Shown: in pieces, positions 11,746 to 23,790 of the stretch
How positions within the stretch are numbered: position 1 is the stretch's first letter
Layout: every line of letters starts with the position of its first letter
Notes under the pieces: generated by a model
Databases searched by the model: none
What the model saw: the letters and a program-made list of their open reading frames with translations, nothing else
What the model was told of the DNA's origin: nothing
Program-made: the position numbers and the translations under genes
Origin: Takakia lepidozioides
Taxonomy: Eukaryota; Plantae; Bryophyta
Direction: 5' to 3'
Assembly (NCBI GenBank): GCA_030704615.1
Contig: CM060734.1
Coordinates: forward strand, 8,122,001 to 8,186,000
DNA length: 64,000 bases

Positions 11746-13097
11746 CCATGCTGTCTCCGCTCTGAAGCTCCCGTATAGCACACGTCGTGACAATGGCCGA
11801 CACAACAAGAGCGAACATACAGTCCTCGATCCCACAAACAATACACTCGGCACTTCTCTCTCTCTCTATTCTCTCCTCCCCCCGCCCACCCGCATTCTCT
11901 CCTCCCCCCGCCCACCCGCTCTCTGTTGTACACGCAGGAAGATACCAGTATTTTAGAAACCTCTTATCCTGGTTCGCGAACCTTAAGAAAACACAGATGG
12001 TGGCACAGAAGCCAAACAAAACGCGAAGTCCCGTGTACATCGAACGTGCCCCCGCAACCCTAACAAGCAACTTTTTGTAATTTTTTAACTTTTTGTCTTA
12101 AGTTTGAGTCAGGTGTGAGGTACCCTTGGAGTAGGAAAAACCAAATTCTCTACTAATGAATTTTGTAGTTGTTTTGTTTACTGATATTTACCAACATACA
12201 ACCATTTCACAGGTTTCGTGCCAATCTAGTCAAATTACAGTTAGCATTTTCACTGGTATTTTCTAAAATTATTTTATAATTTAAATCATATTATTGTCAA
12301 TTACACATATCATTCTCTAGATGACTGTGTCAGTATTAGATACCACACAGTCAAAAGCTTCACTACAGTAGTGAAATTTTTAACTATTCCATATTGAGGT
12401 TACTGTCTTAGCAGCAATTCTTGACTATATAGTGAAACTAATAGTGAAATGTGTCAATAGTGAAAATGATAGTGAAACGTCCATGGTTGGAAATCCCATG
12501 GGGGTGTTGTAGTGAAGTTGTCATGTATAGCATTGATACTGGCATTATGTATGCCGCCTCTAGTTCCGGCAGTGATGACAGATACAGCCCCTATCAATTT
12601 ACAGACTTTGGAACAAGAATTCGTGGGACGAATTAATATCAACAAATTAAAGGGCTACAAAGGGATACACGACCGAGCCCTCATCCATGATTTATATGCC
12701 AATGAAAAAGATCAAATGATAGACAAAGAACGAGAAAGCTTAAGCGCTTTCTACATCCATAACGACAGCATGGTGGATCAGCAAATAATGAAAAAGGTGG
12801 CAATACGAGTTCAGGGCACCAGCCGCTTTATGACCACCACGAGTTTGGAAAACGGCATTACCGCCGCGTATACCGTACGGAGAACCATGGCCATCACACA
12901 TGCCCTACACAACCGTGAACGAATACGAAGCAGCCAACGAGTCACTCATCGTGTTAAACTCTGAGATGAATGAACCAGATGAATTCACCAATCGTGACAA
13001 CAGTACATCACGATCTAACACTCATCAGATGGAGCGAGAACGACGACGCAATCCAACGGATTGTCAAAAGACGGCTGACGATAAGGGTAAAACAATT

Positions 13098-14930
13098 CAT
13101 AAGGTGACTTACTTGGCCGGATGTATCCCTTTGCCATGAGGTCCTTGAGCTGCTCCTTCAGCTCCACCAACTCTCTATGGCTCAACCGGTACGGTGCCTT
13201 GGCAGGCGGCTCCGTTCCCGGTATCACCTCGATCTTATGGTCAACCCTTCTTTGTGGTGGCAAACCGCTCGGGAAATCCTCCGGTATCACATCTTGGTAT
13301 TTCTCCAAGATTTCCTTGATCCAATTTGGGCTCGGCTCCCTATCGACTTCTCCTTTCACTTGCCTCACGTAAAGCAAAAACTCAGGCTGATGTGGCTCTT
13401 CCACGGCCCACTCATTTTTCATTAGCAGGTTCATTCACCCTCCCACTCGGTTGGGCATTTCCGACAGCTGTAAAACTTCGCTACCATTCCCACACGGCAG
13501 CGTGACTACTCTCTTGCGGCCAGCTATGACCGCTCCGGATTTGCTCAAGAACGACATCCCCAAAATGAGTTCCACTCCATCGATCTCGCAAATAGTAAAG
13601 TTCTGACGCCCCTCCCAACTCCCCAGCTGAAGAGGAACGTCAAACGCCACCCTCGTTGCTAGCTGCGGTTCTCCCTTCGCAGAATGATTCAATAGAGGCC
13701 CCCACGTCACTCGTCGGGAGTCCCAGCTTCCATGCCGTTGCCGGTGTCATGAAGGAGTGCGACGCTCCTGTGTCCACCAACAACGACCTCTGGTTCAAGG
13801 GTCTGGCGATCTATTTGGCATTCCTGGTTCTCCGTACGTGATATTTTTTTCCCAAAAATCGTTGAGCTCTTTGGAAGAGGCTCTCAGACAGCCTTTGTTT
13901 GGTAACTTTGATTGAGACTCTGAGCTATTGGTTAAGTGCTCCCCCAAATGGGCACATTGGGAAGTTGCAGGGGTTTCCAATTTCATGCACTGGTGGGAAA
14001 ATGGCTCCCTCATCTCCCCTTCTGTGGCACACTAATAGCAGCCACCCTATCCGCTAGAAGAGTCAGGGCAGGGTGGGAGTCCATCACCGGAGACATTCTT
14101 GAGTCTTGGAATTCCCTACTAGCCTCGTTCCCTGCTAATGGAAGGTGTCTCATTCCACATATTATCCCGCTCACGAACATCAACTGACTTCCTTTACGCA
14201 AAGCTCCTGTCTCCTGATATAACTCACAAGAGTAGTTGTCTACCTTGCAAGTCTTGGCGGCCACAGCCTCCAACAAGCGGCTGATGGAGTCCTCGGACAA
14301 CTCCGTGGTCGCCCGGGTCATGTTCAACTATAAGGGTTTCGGGCACTTCTTGGCCATGTGCCCGGGCTCCCCGCAATTAAAGCACACCCCATCGAAGGTC
14401 GACTTTTGTCCGCCATAAAAAGCCGCAGCTGATTTTCCTTTCGGAGCACCGGGTGCCGCCTTGACGTGCAAAGGCCCTCCCTTGATTTCCAAGCGCCATT
14501 GTCGCCGCGTGGCCTATCCCATTTCTTTTCCGATCAGAAGAAGTCACCATCCCGCTGGACCTTCTTGTGGTTCAGCTCTGTACGGCCCTGTCTTTTGCCC
14601 AGGCTAGGGACATCCGAGAAACACTCAGCCATTTCAATTGCCTCGTTTAAAGTCTTTGGTGGCCTCTCCTCCAACTTCTGCCTGGCCCATGGGGCCAGTC
14701 CCACCACAAAGTTGAAGACCATTTTTGGTTCCGCCATATCCGCGACTACGAGCAATAGCATATTGAAAGCTTGAACATATCCCCGGATGTCATCCGTTTG
14801 TTTCAAGTTTCTCATCTTGTCCCGGGCAAGCCAGGACGCGTTGAGGGGCACAAACTATTTTTTCAGTAGTTCCTTGAACCCACTCTTGCTCAAGGTCTTT
14901 CGCGTACTAAACTCTAGGTTCTGATACCAA
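13098..14930 (-). mobile_element. Chromovirus-like Ty3/Gypsy internal region (partial gag, protease, start of RT), truncated
   Basis: gag ARDKMRNLKQT...F..GL, knuckle CFNCGEPGHMAKKC (~14340-14385), protease LLVDTGASHSF (~13780), RT start PPQRRVDHKIEVIPG...GYIRPSKSPY. PBS TGGTATCAGA (tRNA-iMet) at 14920-14929. Confidence 0.9.
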
Positions 14931-14931
14931 G

Positions 14932-15654
14932 TGTCGCGCACCTCACTTTGGTAACTCCCCTTTAAGTCATAGTTACTCGCTTTGATGCACGCGCCTAACT
15001 CCTAAACTGGCCGCCGGGCCAACTCGGAGCTTCGGCTACTCACTGGGGCATAACGGTCCCCCCTTGCTCCTCCACGAGACCCTCGCACATTTTGGGCCTA
15101 GTGGAAATTCCCTTTGGTTGTTGGCAGTCCAGAACAGCTCCCCACACCTTGGTCGTTTTTCGGCTCGCACGCTTACTCACTAGCTTTTGGTCACCAACGG
15201 GTTTGCACCGTTCTCGGGGTTAGTACTCCCTATATATACTTCTGTAGGTGTCCGCGGGGGTTCCTCAAACATCCAAGTCCAAATCTGGTGCACCACCACC
15301 TAGACCCTTGACTCCCTGTGATGAGTCGCGGTGAGTCTTGGCCCACCCACCACGGCCCCAATGGACCGTGATGAGTCCCAAGACTCCCCACGACTCCCAC
15401 CACAAGGCCTCAGCCTCATGGTGAGTCCTATGCCTCCCCCACTATGATTCCCTAAGCTACCACCACCTCGCGTGGAGCCCCCCCACCACAACCCGGTTTG
15501 CGGGGCTCCACCTAGTGAGCGCCTCTGCCTCCTTGAGTGCCTTCGGCACTCAAGGGTGCTTCAGCCCCCTTTCCTACTGCTGCCATTGCCCCCACCACAG
15601 GGGCAGCCCCTCTTGTGTCATTGCCCCCCGCCCTCGAGGCAAAGGGCCGCGACA
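14932..15654 (-). mobile_element. 5' LTR of the chromovirus-like element, inserted into the LINE RNase H
   Basis: Terminal inverted TGTCGCG...CGCGACA, TATATATA box at ~15230, adjacent iMet PBS. Confidence 0.85.
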
Positions 15655-16800
15655 TCCCCCATCGATATACCAATATACCACACTGCCACTAACCAGGGCA
15701 TCGCCCTCAGACTTCCTGGCCCTGCCACCATATTGCGTGCTGAACTTATGGCTATAATTGAAGCACTCTCTTTGATAGATGTCTTCCCTCCTCCATACTA
15801 CATCTTCACAGATAGCCTTACCTCATTTTTTCTGATCCGGAATCACATCTCCCGTCCCTCCTCCCACCACCATCACCCAGACCGCAACCTCATTACAGCC
15901 ATTGTCAACCTCGTTATTTCCAAGGGCCACCCTGTCCACCTCCTCAAGGTTTGCTCGCACACTGGCATCCAAGGTAACGAGGCTGCGGACACGCTTGCTC
16001 AAACATGCGCCTCTAAACCTCCAGTGGACCCCACAGTCGACCCTATTCACATCGTTCATACCCATCCCTTCTGATTCATACACCACGTCCCAGACCCCCC
16101 CCCGTACCCAGACCGATCCGTAATCTTATGACCACTCTCACCCGTGAAGCTAACAAACAAGCCATAACATCTATGAGCCGCACCAAAGTACACATTCAGA
16201 AATGGACCCAGTCCACAGTCCTCCATCATAAGCTATCAAACCACTTCTGGCACACCAAAGCCACTACTGATGCACAAATCCGACAAACACTCAAATTCAG
16301 GTACGCCCAATACATGGGCCACCAGCGTAAACACATCTTCTGGCCACATTTTTCCCCTTCCCCATATTGCCCGTTATGCTCAAATACCCACCATGAACGC
16401 GGCACCTGGCCTCACCTCCTTAGCCAATGTACCCCTCCAATCATTCCTGGCCTTCATATCACCCGTTACAATCACACAGTCTGGCATATCCATAAACTCC
16501 TTCGGAGCCATGGTGAAACCAGGTGGTTCTCACTCATGAACGCTGGTACCTACCAAGGCCGACCACCAGACCATACTGTACCACTATGGTTGCTCCCATG
16601 TACATGTACTCGCTCACCATGTACATGTACTCGCTCACCATGCACCTGCCCCGCTAGACTCTGCCATGATATTCTACTTGTCCAAGGCCTGCCCACTTGC
16701 ACCCCACCACCCACTATACCATCCCCACAACTCACCATCCACTTCATTGAATTTACATACTTTCATGATCGCTACCCCAATGACAAAAACGACAAAAATA
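15655..16800 (+). mobile_element. Degenerate non-LTR retrotransposon, 3' part: RNase H, CCHC Zn finger, restriction-like endonuclease (Dualen/RandI-like)
   Basis: RNase H: ILRAELMAI...IFTDS...KVCSHTGIQGNEAADTLA. Zn finger: CPLC...HLLSQC. RYNH (RHN-like), then ARLCHDILLV...IHFIEFTY (RPD..E-type RLE, degenerate). Same C-rich strand bias as 340-3825. Confidence 0.8.
16596..16645 (+). repeat. 21-bp tandem duplication (CCATGTACATGTACTCGCTCA x~2.4)
   Basis: Direct repeat encoding CTCTRSP twice just before the RLE motif. Confidence 0.8.
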
Positions 16801-16814
16801 TGCTCCGCTCATCC

Positions 16815-19800
16815 TTGCAATCGTGTACCTTTTTGATTAGAAAGGTCCCATCCATGGCATTTTCAATTTGCCTCCCAGTTTGATCTTTTTGATCTTTGGT
16901 AGCCATAAGATAATTTCTCCATCTTGGAAAGATTTTACTTTCCCTTCTGATACTCTCTTTTTCCGTTGCTCTTGAATTCGTGCCATATTATTTGCAGCGT
17001 CTGCTCGAACTTCTTCCAAGTGGAACAATTCATGTTCCCTGACTCGTAGTGATTCCTCCAAACCCCATCGTTCATGAGTCGAGGTTCTTAATGTGGGTAC
17101 CATACACTCAATTGGTAGTAGTGCTTCTGCTCCATACACCAGTTGAAATGGTGTATGATTCGTGGTCACCTTGTATGATGTCCTGAATGCCCATAGTGTC
17201 GTATTCATCTTGGTATCCCAATCTGTGCAATTGGCATTTACTATCTTTGTCAAGAGAGTGCATAATACTTTGTTTGTAGATTCTTCTTGGCCATTACCCT
17301 GAGGGTACTAAGCGGTACTCTTGTGGTGCACAATCATGAATTCTTCCGTCGGGCATTTTATGGTATCATTCATAAAATGTGAACCTTGATCACTGACAAA
17401 CTCCAGTGGACAACTGAATCGTGTGATTATGTTCTCATATAAGAACTTGGCTGTTGACTTGGTAGTGTTGTCTCTTAATGCCTTGGCCTCTACCCACTTG
17501 GAAGTATAATCAATGGTTGTGAGAATGTATTGGTTCTGTGTATATCTTGCTGGAGGTTTAATGGGTCCTACGAAGTCTAGCCCCCAACGCTGAAATGACT
17601 CTGTTGTTAATATTGGGTGCATAGTTCTTTTCCTAGTTCTTTCTACTGGTCCCATCCTCTGGCAGACATCACACTGTTGACAGTGTTCATATGTGTCTCC
17701 GAAAACAGTAGGCCACCAGTAACCTGCTAGTAATATCTTCTTTGCTGTCAAGTCTGAACTGAAGTGTCCTCCTGCAATTCCTTCGTGTAACTCCTGCATC
17801 ACTGTTTTGGCTTGTTCTTTGTTCACACATCTTCTCATTATGGAATCAATTCCTCTTTTGTACATAATTCCTCTGATCACTGTGTATGGCTTGCTTTTCA
17901 TTGAAAACTTTCTCCTGTCATCTTTGGTATAATCTTCAGGAAATTTTCCCGTGCTCAGATAGTATTTGATTGGCCATTGCCAATCATCTGGATCTTGATC
18001 TTGATTTTGGAAGTCTTCTGGTTCTTCCTTGGTAACTGCATAAGCTCCAATGCTAATACTGGCCAATTCTTGATTATTTGGCTCCTCGTTTTCCTTGTCA
18101 TCTTCTTCTTCTGGATCTGGCTCTTCTTCAATAAAAGGTCCTTCATCAAGAGGTTCATCTTCATCTGATGAGTCCTCTTCTTCATCAGTGTCATCCATCA
18201 ACTTAAGAGAGTCTGGAAGGTCATAGTCTCCTTGAAACACTCCCAGAGCGTCTAGATGGTCTGTTTATGTTTCTTGTGCTTCTGGTTGAACAACAAACAA
18301 AAATGCATCGGGAAGTTGATCCTCCACTCCTGTTGCTGGTTCTCCAGTGATAATTCTTGACAGATGATCTGCTGTAACATGTAATCTTCCAGGTTTATTA
18401 ACAACTTCAAAATCATACTCATGAAGAAGTAATAACCATCGAGCAACCCTGCCACTAGCAAATGGTCGATTTGCCAAATGAACCAAAGCCTGATGATCAA
18501 CAATAAATTTAAAGCGATTGCCAAGTAAATAATGCCGAAACTTTTGAACAGCATAAATCATTGTCAATGCTTCCCTTTCCGTGGTGCTATAGTTCTTCTC
18601 AGCCGCTGTCAGTAATCTGCTTGCATAATAGATTGGTGAATCTATTGTGCCTGTCACATTCTGAGCCAGAACTGTCCCCAAAGCAATGCCTGATGCATCA
18701 CTGTGTACATGAAATGGTAAATCCCATCTTGGATTTATTAGAATTGGTGCTGCTGTGAGTGCCCTTTTCAGTGAATCAAATGATTCATAGCAAGCTGGAG
18801 ACCATCGGTATTCGGCATCCTTCTTCAGCAGTCTATAGACTGATGCCGCTCTGTGAGCATATTTGGCCATGTACCTTCTATAATAGCTTGTCTGTCCCAG
18901 AAATCTCTTGAGTTTCTTGGGATTTTCTGGTGGTGGTATTTTCTAGATAACGTCCACCTTCCTTGGATCTACCAGAATTCCCTGCTGGCACACAATGTGT
19001 CCCAACAGTAATCTTGAATTTACACAAAATGTACATTTTTCCGGATTGAGACTTACTCCATTGTCTCTGCAAGCTTGTAGGCACAGTTTTAACTGTGCCA
19101 AGTGTTTGGATTTCTGTCCGAAGACACTGAAATCATCCAAGAATACCTGCATAAAGTCATTGAGATAGCTCTTGAATATCTCAGATATTGCTCTCTGACA
19201 CGTGGCCGGTGCGTTGCAAAGTCCAAATGGCATGACTTTGTAAGCGTAGGCTCCCCATTCAGTGATGAATGCGATCTTCTCTCGGTCTTTTTCTGCCATC
19301 CGTACCTGATTGTACCCACTGAATCCATCCATGAATGAGTACATCTCATGTCCCGTTACTGTGTCCAACACTATTTCTGTGAAAGGCAGTGGAAATGGGT
19401 CTTTTTTGGTTCCTGCATTTAATTTGCGGTAGTCCACACATGCTCGTAATTTACCATTCTTCTTGGGCACTATTACAATGGGTGATAACCATTGTGCATC
19501 GAGTAATTTCTTGATTTCTTCCCAAACCTTAGCTGCATAGTTGGGGTTCATTCTTTAATGGTTCTGACGAACTGGCTTCGTGTCAACTTCCAATTCAATC
19601 CGGTGCTGACAGATGTTGGAAGGTATGCCCTTCAAATCTTTATAGTTCCAAGCGAATACATCCTTGTATTTAGTGAATAATGTAGTGGCATCTTGTAGAA
19701 ATGATTCTTCAAGACCTGCACTTACTCGTATTATCTGTGGTTCTTCCACTGTTTCCAGATTCACTTGAATCAATTGTGTTTCTTCCGTTACTGCCCATCC

Positions 19801-20547
19801 TGCAATCTCCTGTCCGATGGTTGCAATCGTGGCAGATACTTCACTGATGTTAATGTCCTCTTCTCTTTCTTGATAAAAACGGGCAGGGTGTTGAGGTGTG
19901 TCCATAGCTTCTTCCTCAGACTCTTCCGGTATTGGAGTACTTGGTTCTCCTTGGGTGTTCACCATGTGACATCCTACTGTTGTGGTATTTTTGACCACTA
20001 ATTGACCAATGGGTTCTATCTGTGGATGTGTTTCATATACTCTGGCTTCTTCTTCATCCGACAGTCCACTGGACCAGTCATACTCTTCCACTATGCAAGG
20101 TCGTTTCTCTCGTGGAATCGCACCTCGTTGCTTCGTGGTGATAGTGACATGTACTTCTGATCCCTTTTTTATCGTGAGAGTCTGGCTTCCCCAATCGTGG
20201 TGTGATTGGGCTTGTGTTAACCATGGTCGGCCAAGTAGTAGCGAATATCTTTCCGCCACATCCTCCATTTTGAGAATGGTTACTGATACTTCATATACCA
20301 GTCCTGCTACTTCCATCGCAAGGCGTCTGATGATACCCAACGGCTGTACTTTCCGTTGATCGGCCATTCGTACTGTGAATGGAGCAGGTTCCGTGTGCCC
20401 CAATCCTACTGACTTCTTCATCCTTTCCGTCATGATATTCACTCTCGATCCTCCATCGAGGAGTACATCCGTTACCAGTTTCCGTCCAATACGTACTTGT
20501 ATTACTGGTATCGCTTCGTCGTAGTCTGGAGCTCGTTCTGCATAACA
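16815..20547 (-). pseudogene. pol: Ty3/Gypsy pol (protease-RT-RNase H-integrase), degenerate
   Basis: VLLDGGSRVN (protease); CVDYRKLN, MDGFSGYNQV, MPFGLCNAPAT, FLDDF (RT); HSDASG...YASR...EREAL (RNase H); H...H...CDVC, WGLDFVGP, SDQGSHF, WMGPF (integrase). Several frameshifts and stops. Confidence 0.95.
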
Positions 20548-21490
20548 GCGGGCGGAATCTGGGGCAAACGAGCAGTGGGAATTTCTCGCACAGAATCCCC
20601 ACTTGAAGGCGATGGCGATTTGGAAACTCTTGGGCTTCCAATGCTGGAAGACAGATTGTGCGGCAACATGACGGGACCTCGAGGTGCTGTCCGAATGTTC
20701 CTGTCGGATCTCCAGGAATCCTCTTCCCTTTCTTGCCATGCCTGGCCGTCGCAAAGGGGGGCGGGCCCACTTGCCACGCTCGGGCGTGGCAAGGTGGCTT
20801 GAAGGGGGAAAAGGCCTCTGCGACGGCGGGGCGTGGCAAGGGGGTATTGCAACGGGTTTTTTTGGCTTGCCACGGCGGGGGGTGGCAGGGGGGGGCGGTC
20901 TTTTTCTTTGAGTTAAGGGGCAGGGAGAGGGGTGGGACGGGGGATGTGACTCGGGGGGGGGGGGGGGGGCACCTCTCTGTTTTTCTTTCTTTGCCCCCCC
21001 CCTCTCTCTCTCCCTCTCTCCCTCTCTCCCTTGGTTCTTAATAGATTTGTTTGCATCATCATCATCATGCTCACAGAAGAGAGAGAGAGGGTGTGAGTGA
21101 GGGTGAGAGAGGGTAGGCTTTCGGGTTCCAGCAGCAAGAGAAGGAGGGAAGGTGGCATACCTGCGGGGCATTGGAGCTGGTCGCGCGGCGCGGGAGCTGG
21201 CGCTTGGAGCTCGGGCGCGGGCATTTCAAAGGTGCGTTTCTCCTCCACCCTAAACCCTCTCTCACCTCCTCTTTGGTGCGCACTATAGCTCGGAAAAGAC
21301 GGGGGAGAGTGCTACAGGCACTTAGGCAAAAACAAAACGAAAAAGGGCGGGGTGCGCGATCTTGCGACGCTCGGCCGTCGCAAACAGCGCCCCGCCTTTT
21401 TCTTAAAAATGGGGCGTTTCCTAGCGACCCCCCTGCATCGCAATAAAAAAAACCCGTCGCAGTGACATGCCCTGGACGTCGCAAAGAAAT
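20548..21490. repeat. GC-rich repeat with CGTCGCA/TTGCCACG motifs and microsatellites, probable CACTA subterminal region
   Basis: Motifs occur in both orientations and are shared with 9935-10168; poly-G/C, (CT)n and (CAT)n tracts. Confidence 0.5.
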
Positions 21491-21599
21491 GCCTTTCTTC
21501 AGCCTTGTAAGGTAGGCAAATAGGGGGTTATTTTTGGGTTTAGGGTTTAATGGTTTTTAGGGTTCTTAGGGTTTTTCTTTTCTTTTCCTTAAGGTACTG

Positions 21600-22821
21600 G
21601 GGTAGGGTATTTTTTTTGCTTTATGGTGCTGGGTTTTGGGTTTTGGATTATCCATTTGACCCAGGGGAGTGGTCATGGGGCTTCACAAGATCTCCTGTCC
21701 CCTTTTTTACCTACGCCACTAGAATTGCATACAGAGCCCTTAGCCCCCCAAAACCTCTTTTCCTCAAATGGAACACCAAATGGCAATCTTACGGTTTCAT
21801 TGAAGAAAACTGGAAAGCTATCTGGAGTTGCATCTGGAAAAAAACCAGACCAGCCAAGCTTTCGGCCTTTCTTTGGCAAATAGCCAATAGAGCCTTGAAG
21901 GTGGGAGAATGGCTCCAGTTTGAAGATGCCCTCTTATGTTCTTGCTGCTTTTCTGGTCAGATGGAGACACTAGAGCATTGTCTCATCTGCTGCCTCACAC
22001 CATTGAAAGTCTGGCCTCTCATCAAGGCATTCTACAGAGAATAGGATGCTCAAGACATGTCTGTTATTCATTTGCTTCTCAATTATGACATGACATCTAC
22101 AAATAGGGCATCTGACTGTCCAATTTTTGATTGTCTTAGAAGCTCCACTCTCTGGCATATTTGGAAGGTTAGATGTGCATGGACCTTATTTGGTATGACC
22201 TGCACTCTGTCTACCTTGCTGTCGCGAGTTTTCTGGGACCTGCAGATTGATGGGAGGAAAGCGTGGGCCAAACTGTGTGCAAATGTCCAGAGGAAGCCCC
22301 AGCAAGCAGCAGCAATTCATGCACAATTCGCCAGTACCTGGGCACGAAACGGTCTTCTCTGCACTAGCACATCACCATCCCAATGCACTTGGGCATGTTG
22401 ACCACCAGATCGCTGGAGAGACCTCAACGCGCCCCTCCATAGTATCCCCAAAGTTCGATAGAGATGTCAATTGGCGCCACATCAAATCAGCTGCTAGATT
22501 GAAATTTCGCTAGATTTCCATACACTAACTTCAGTCTCACAGCCTGTAGCTTGTTCTATGCTGAAGCTCCAATAGATCTGCTCGGGGTCTAAACGGCTCT
22601 CCGCAGTACTGTCTAGGTTTCTCTCTACCCCTTATGGGCGGTGATTACGATAGGGCTTCGCAACCCTAGGTCTCTCTTTCTGCTCCTATTCAGGAGGATA
22701 GTTCTTTTCTCACTGACTACGGTGTGTACCTCATGGTGTAATCAGGGGTTTTAATTTTTTTCCCCGAAATAAACTTAATAAATCTAGTGAACAGGGGCTA
22801 GATTTTAAAAAAAAAAAAAAA
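21600..22821 (+). mobile_element. L1-type LINE 3' end (zf-RVT region, 3' UTR, poly-A)
   Basis: WKAIWSCIW...KLSAFLWQ...CSCC...ETLEHCLICC and LWHIWKVRC. AATAAA at 22768 and 22777, followed by an A-tract at 22807-22821. Confidence 0.85.
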
Positions 22822-23790
22822 CCCTTTATATCCATGACCGGCAACAAAAAAATGAGCATAGATTGTGCATATCCGCTGGACAACAAAAATCTTAAAATCC
22901 TCATAAGAAGCCCGGGCCCGGCGGGCTTCTAATGGGTTTTCATATTGACAAGTCTGGGCCGTAGGTCATGTTCTTAGTGACATACCCGCCCAAAATTGGA
23001 ATATACATATGTATATATAATTCCCATTTTCATCCGGTCAGATGGATGGAAACACGCTCTAACCACGCAAAATTCTGGCTTTTCAAGTTAGAAGGTGCAC
23101 GAAAGGAAGAGATGATGGTGGAAGAAAGAACTGTAAACGAGTCGTGTTGGTATGCGGATCTCCGAAGCATCCAATCTCATCCTGCGGTTGACGAGAAGAG
23201 AATGGATCATCCAACGGCCTGAAACGGATAGTAAGACAAAGATACCGGAAAGATGGTGAATGGTGCGGTAAAGATATAGTGCTAGCGTCGCCAGGGGGCA
23301 GGGCTTCGTCTCTCACGTGCTCCAAACATATTTAGTACGCGTTGTGTAAGTGACGGTGTAAGATGTCATGCCCTTGATTAGGGGTGGAAGACGTTCAAGG
23401 ATCTCTCTACACCTACGTGCTACGGTTTGCGGAATGTTTGAGGTTTTCAAGAGGAAGATTAAGGATTTGTGCACATTTGTATTTTACTTTACTGAATAAA
23501 TGTTTGAGGTTCGCGGAGGAGAGTAGGCCGAGCGTTTTGATCCCTCATGTTAAGGATCGAAAGTTAATGTTGTAGCCCAACCTTCTCTGGCTGTAATATG
23601 CGAATTCACACTAGCTGAGGTTTGAATCCTTGTTGGTGCGTTTGTGAGGTTTTGAGCCGAGAGAGATTTTTGACGTTTCATGTTCCTTTGGTGGCGTCGA
23701 TCGGCTTCCGCGTGCAGACTTTGAACATCCAATTCAAGCGAGCATCTTCTTCGGATTACTTGGAGCTAGACTTGTGGTTTTAAACAGGTT

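Noticed and set aside
15472-15654. N-terminus of ORF 15472..16074
   Set aside because: It is antisense LTR sequence fortuitously fused to the RNase H frame.
20548-21171. N-terminal ~200 aa of the 538-aa ORF 19555..21171
   Set aside because: Read-through of a GC-rich repeat and microsatellites into the protease frame; not a real extension.
21520-21600. TTTAGGG-like tracts before the L1 fragment
   Set aside because: Too degenerate and T-rich to call an interstitial telomere.
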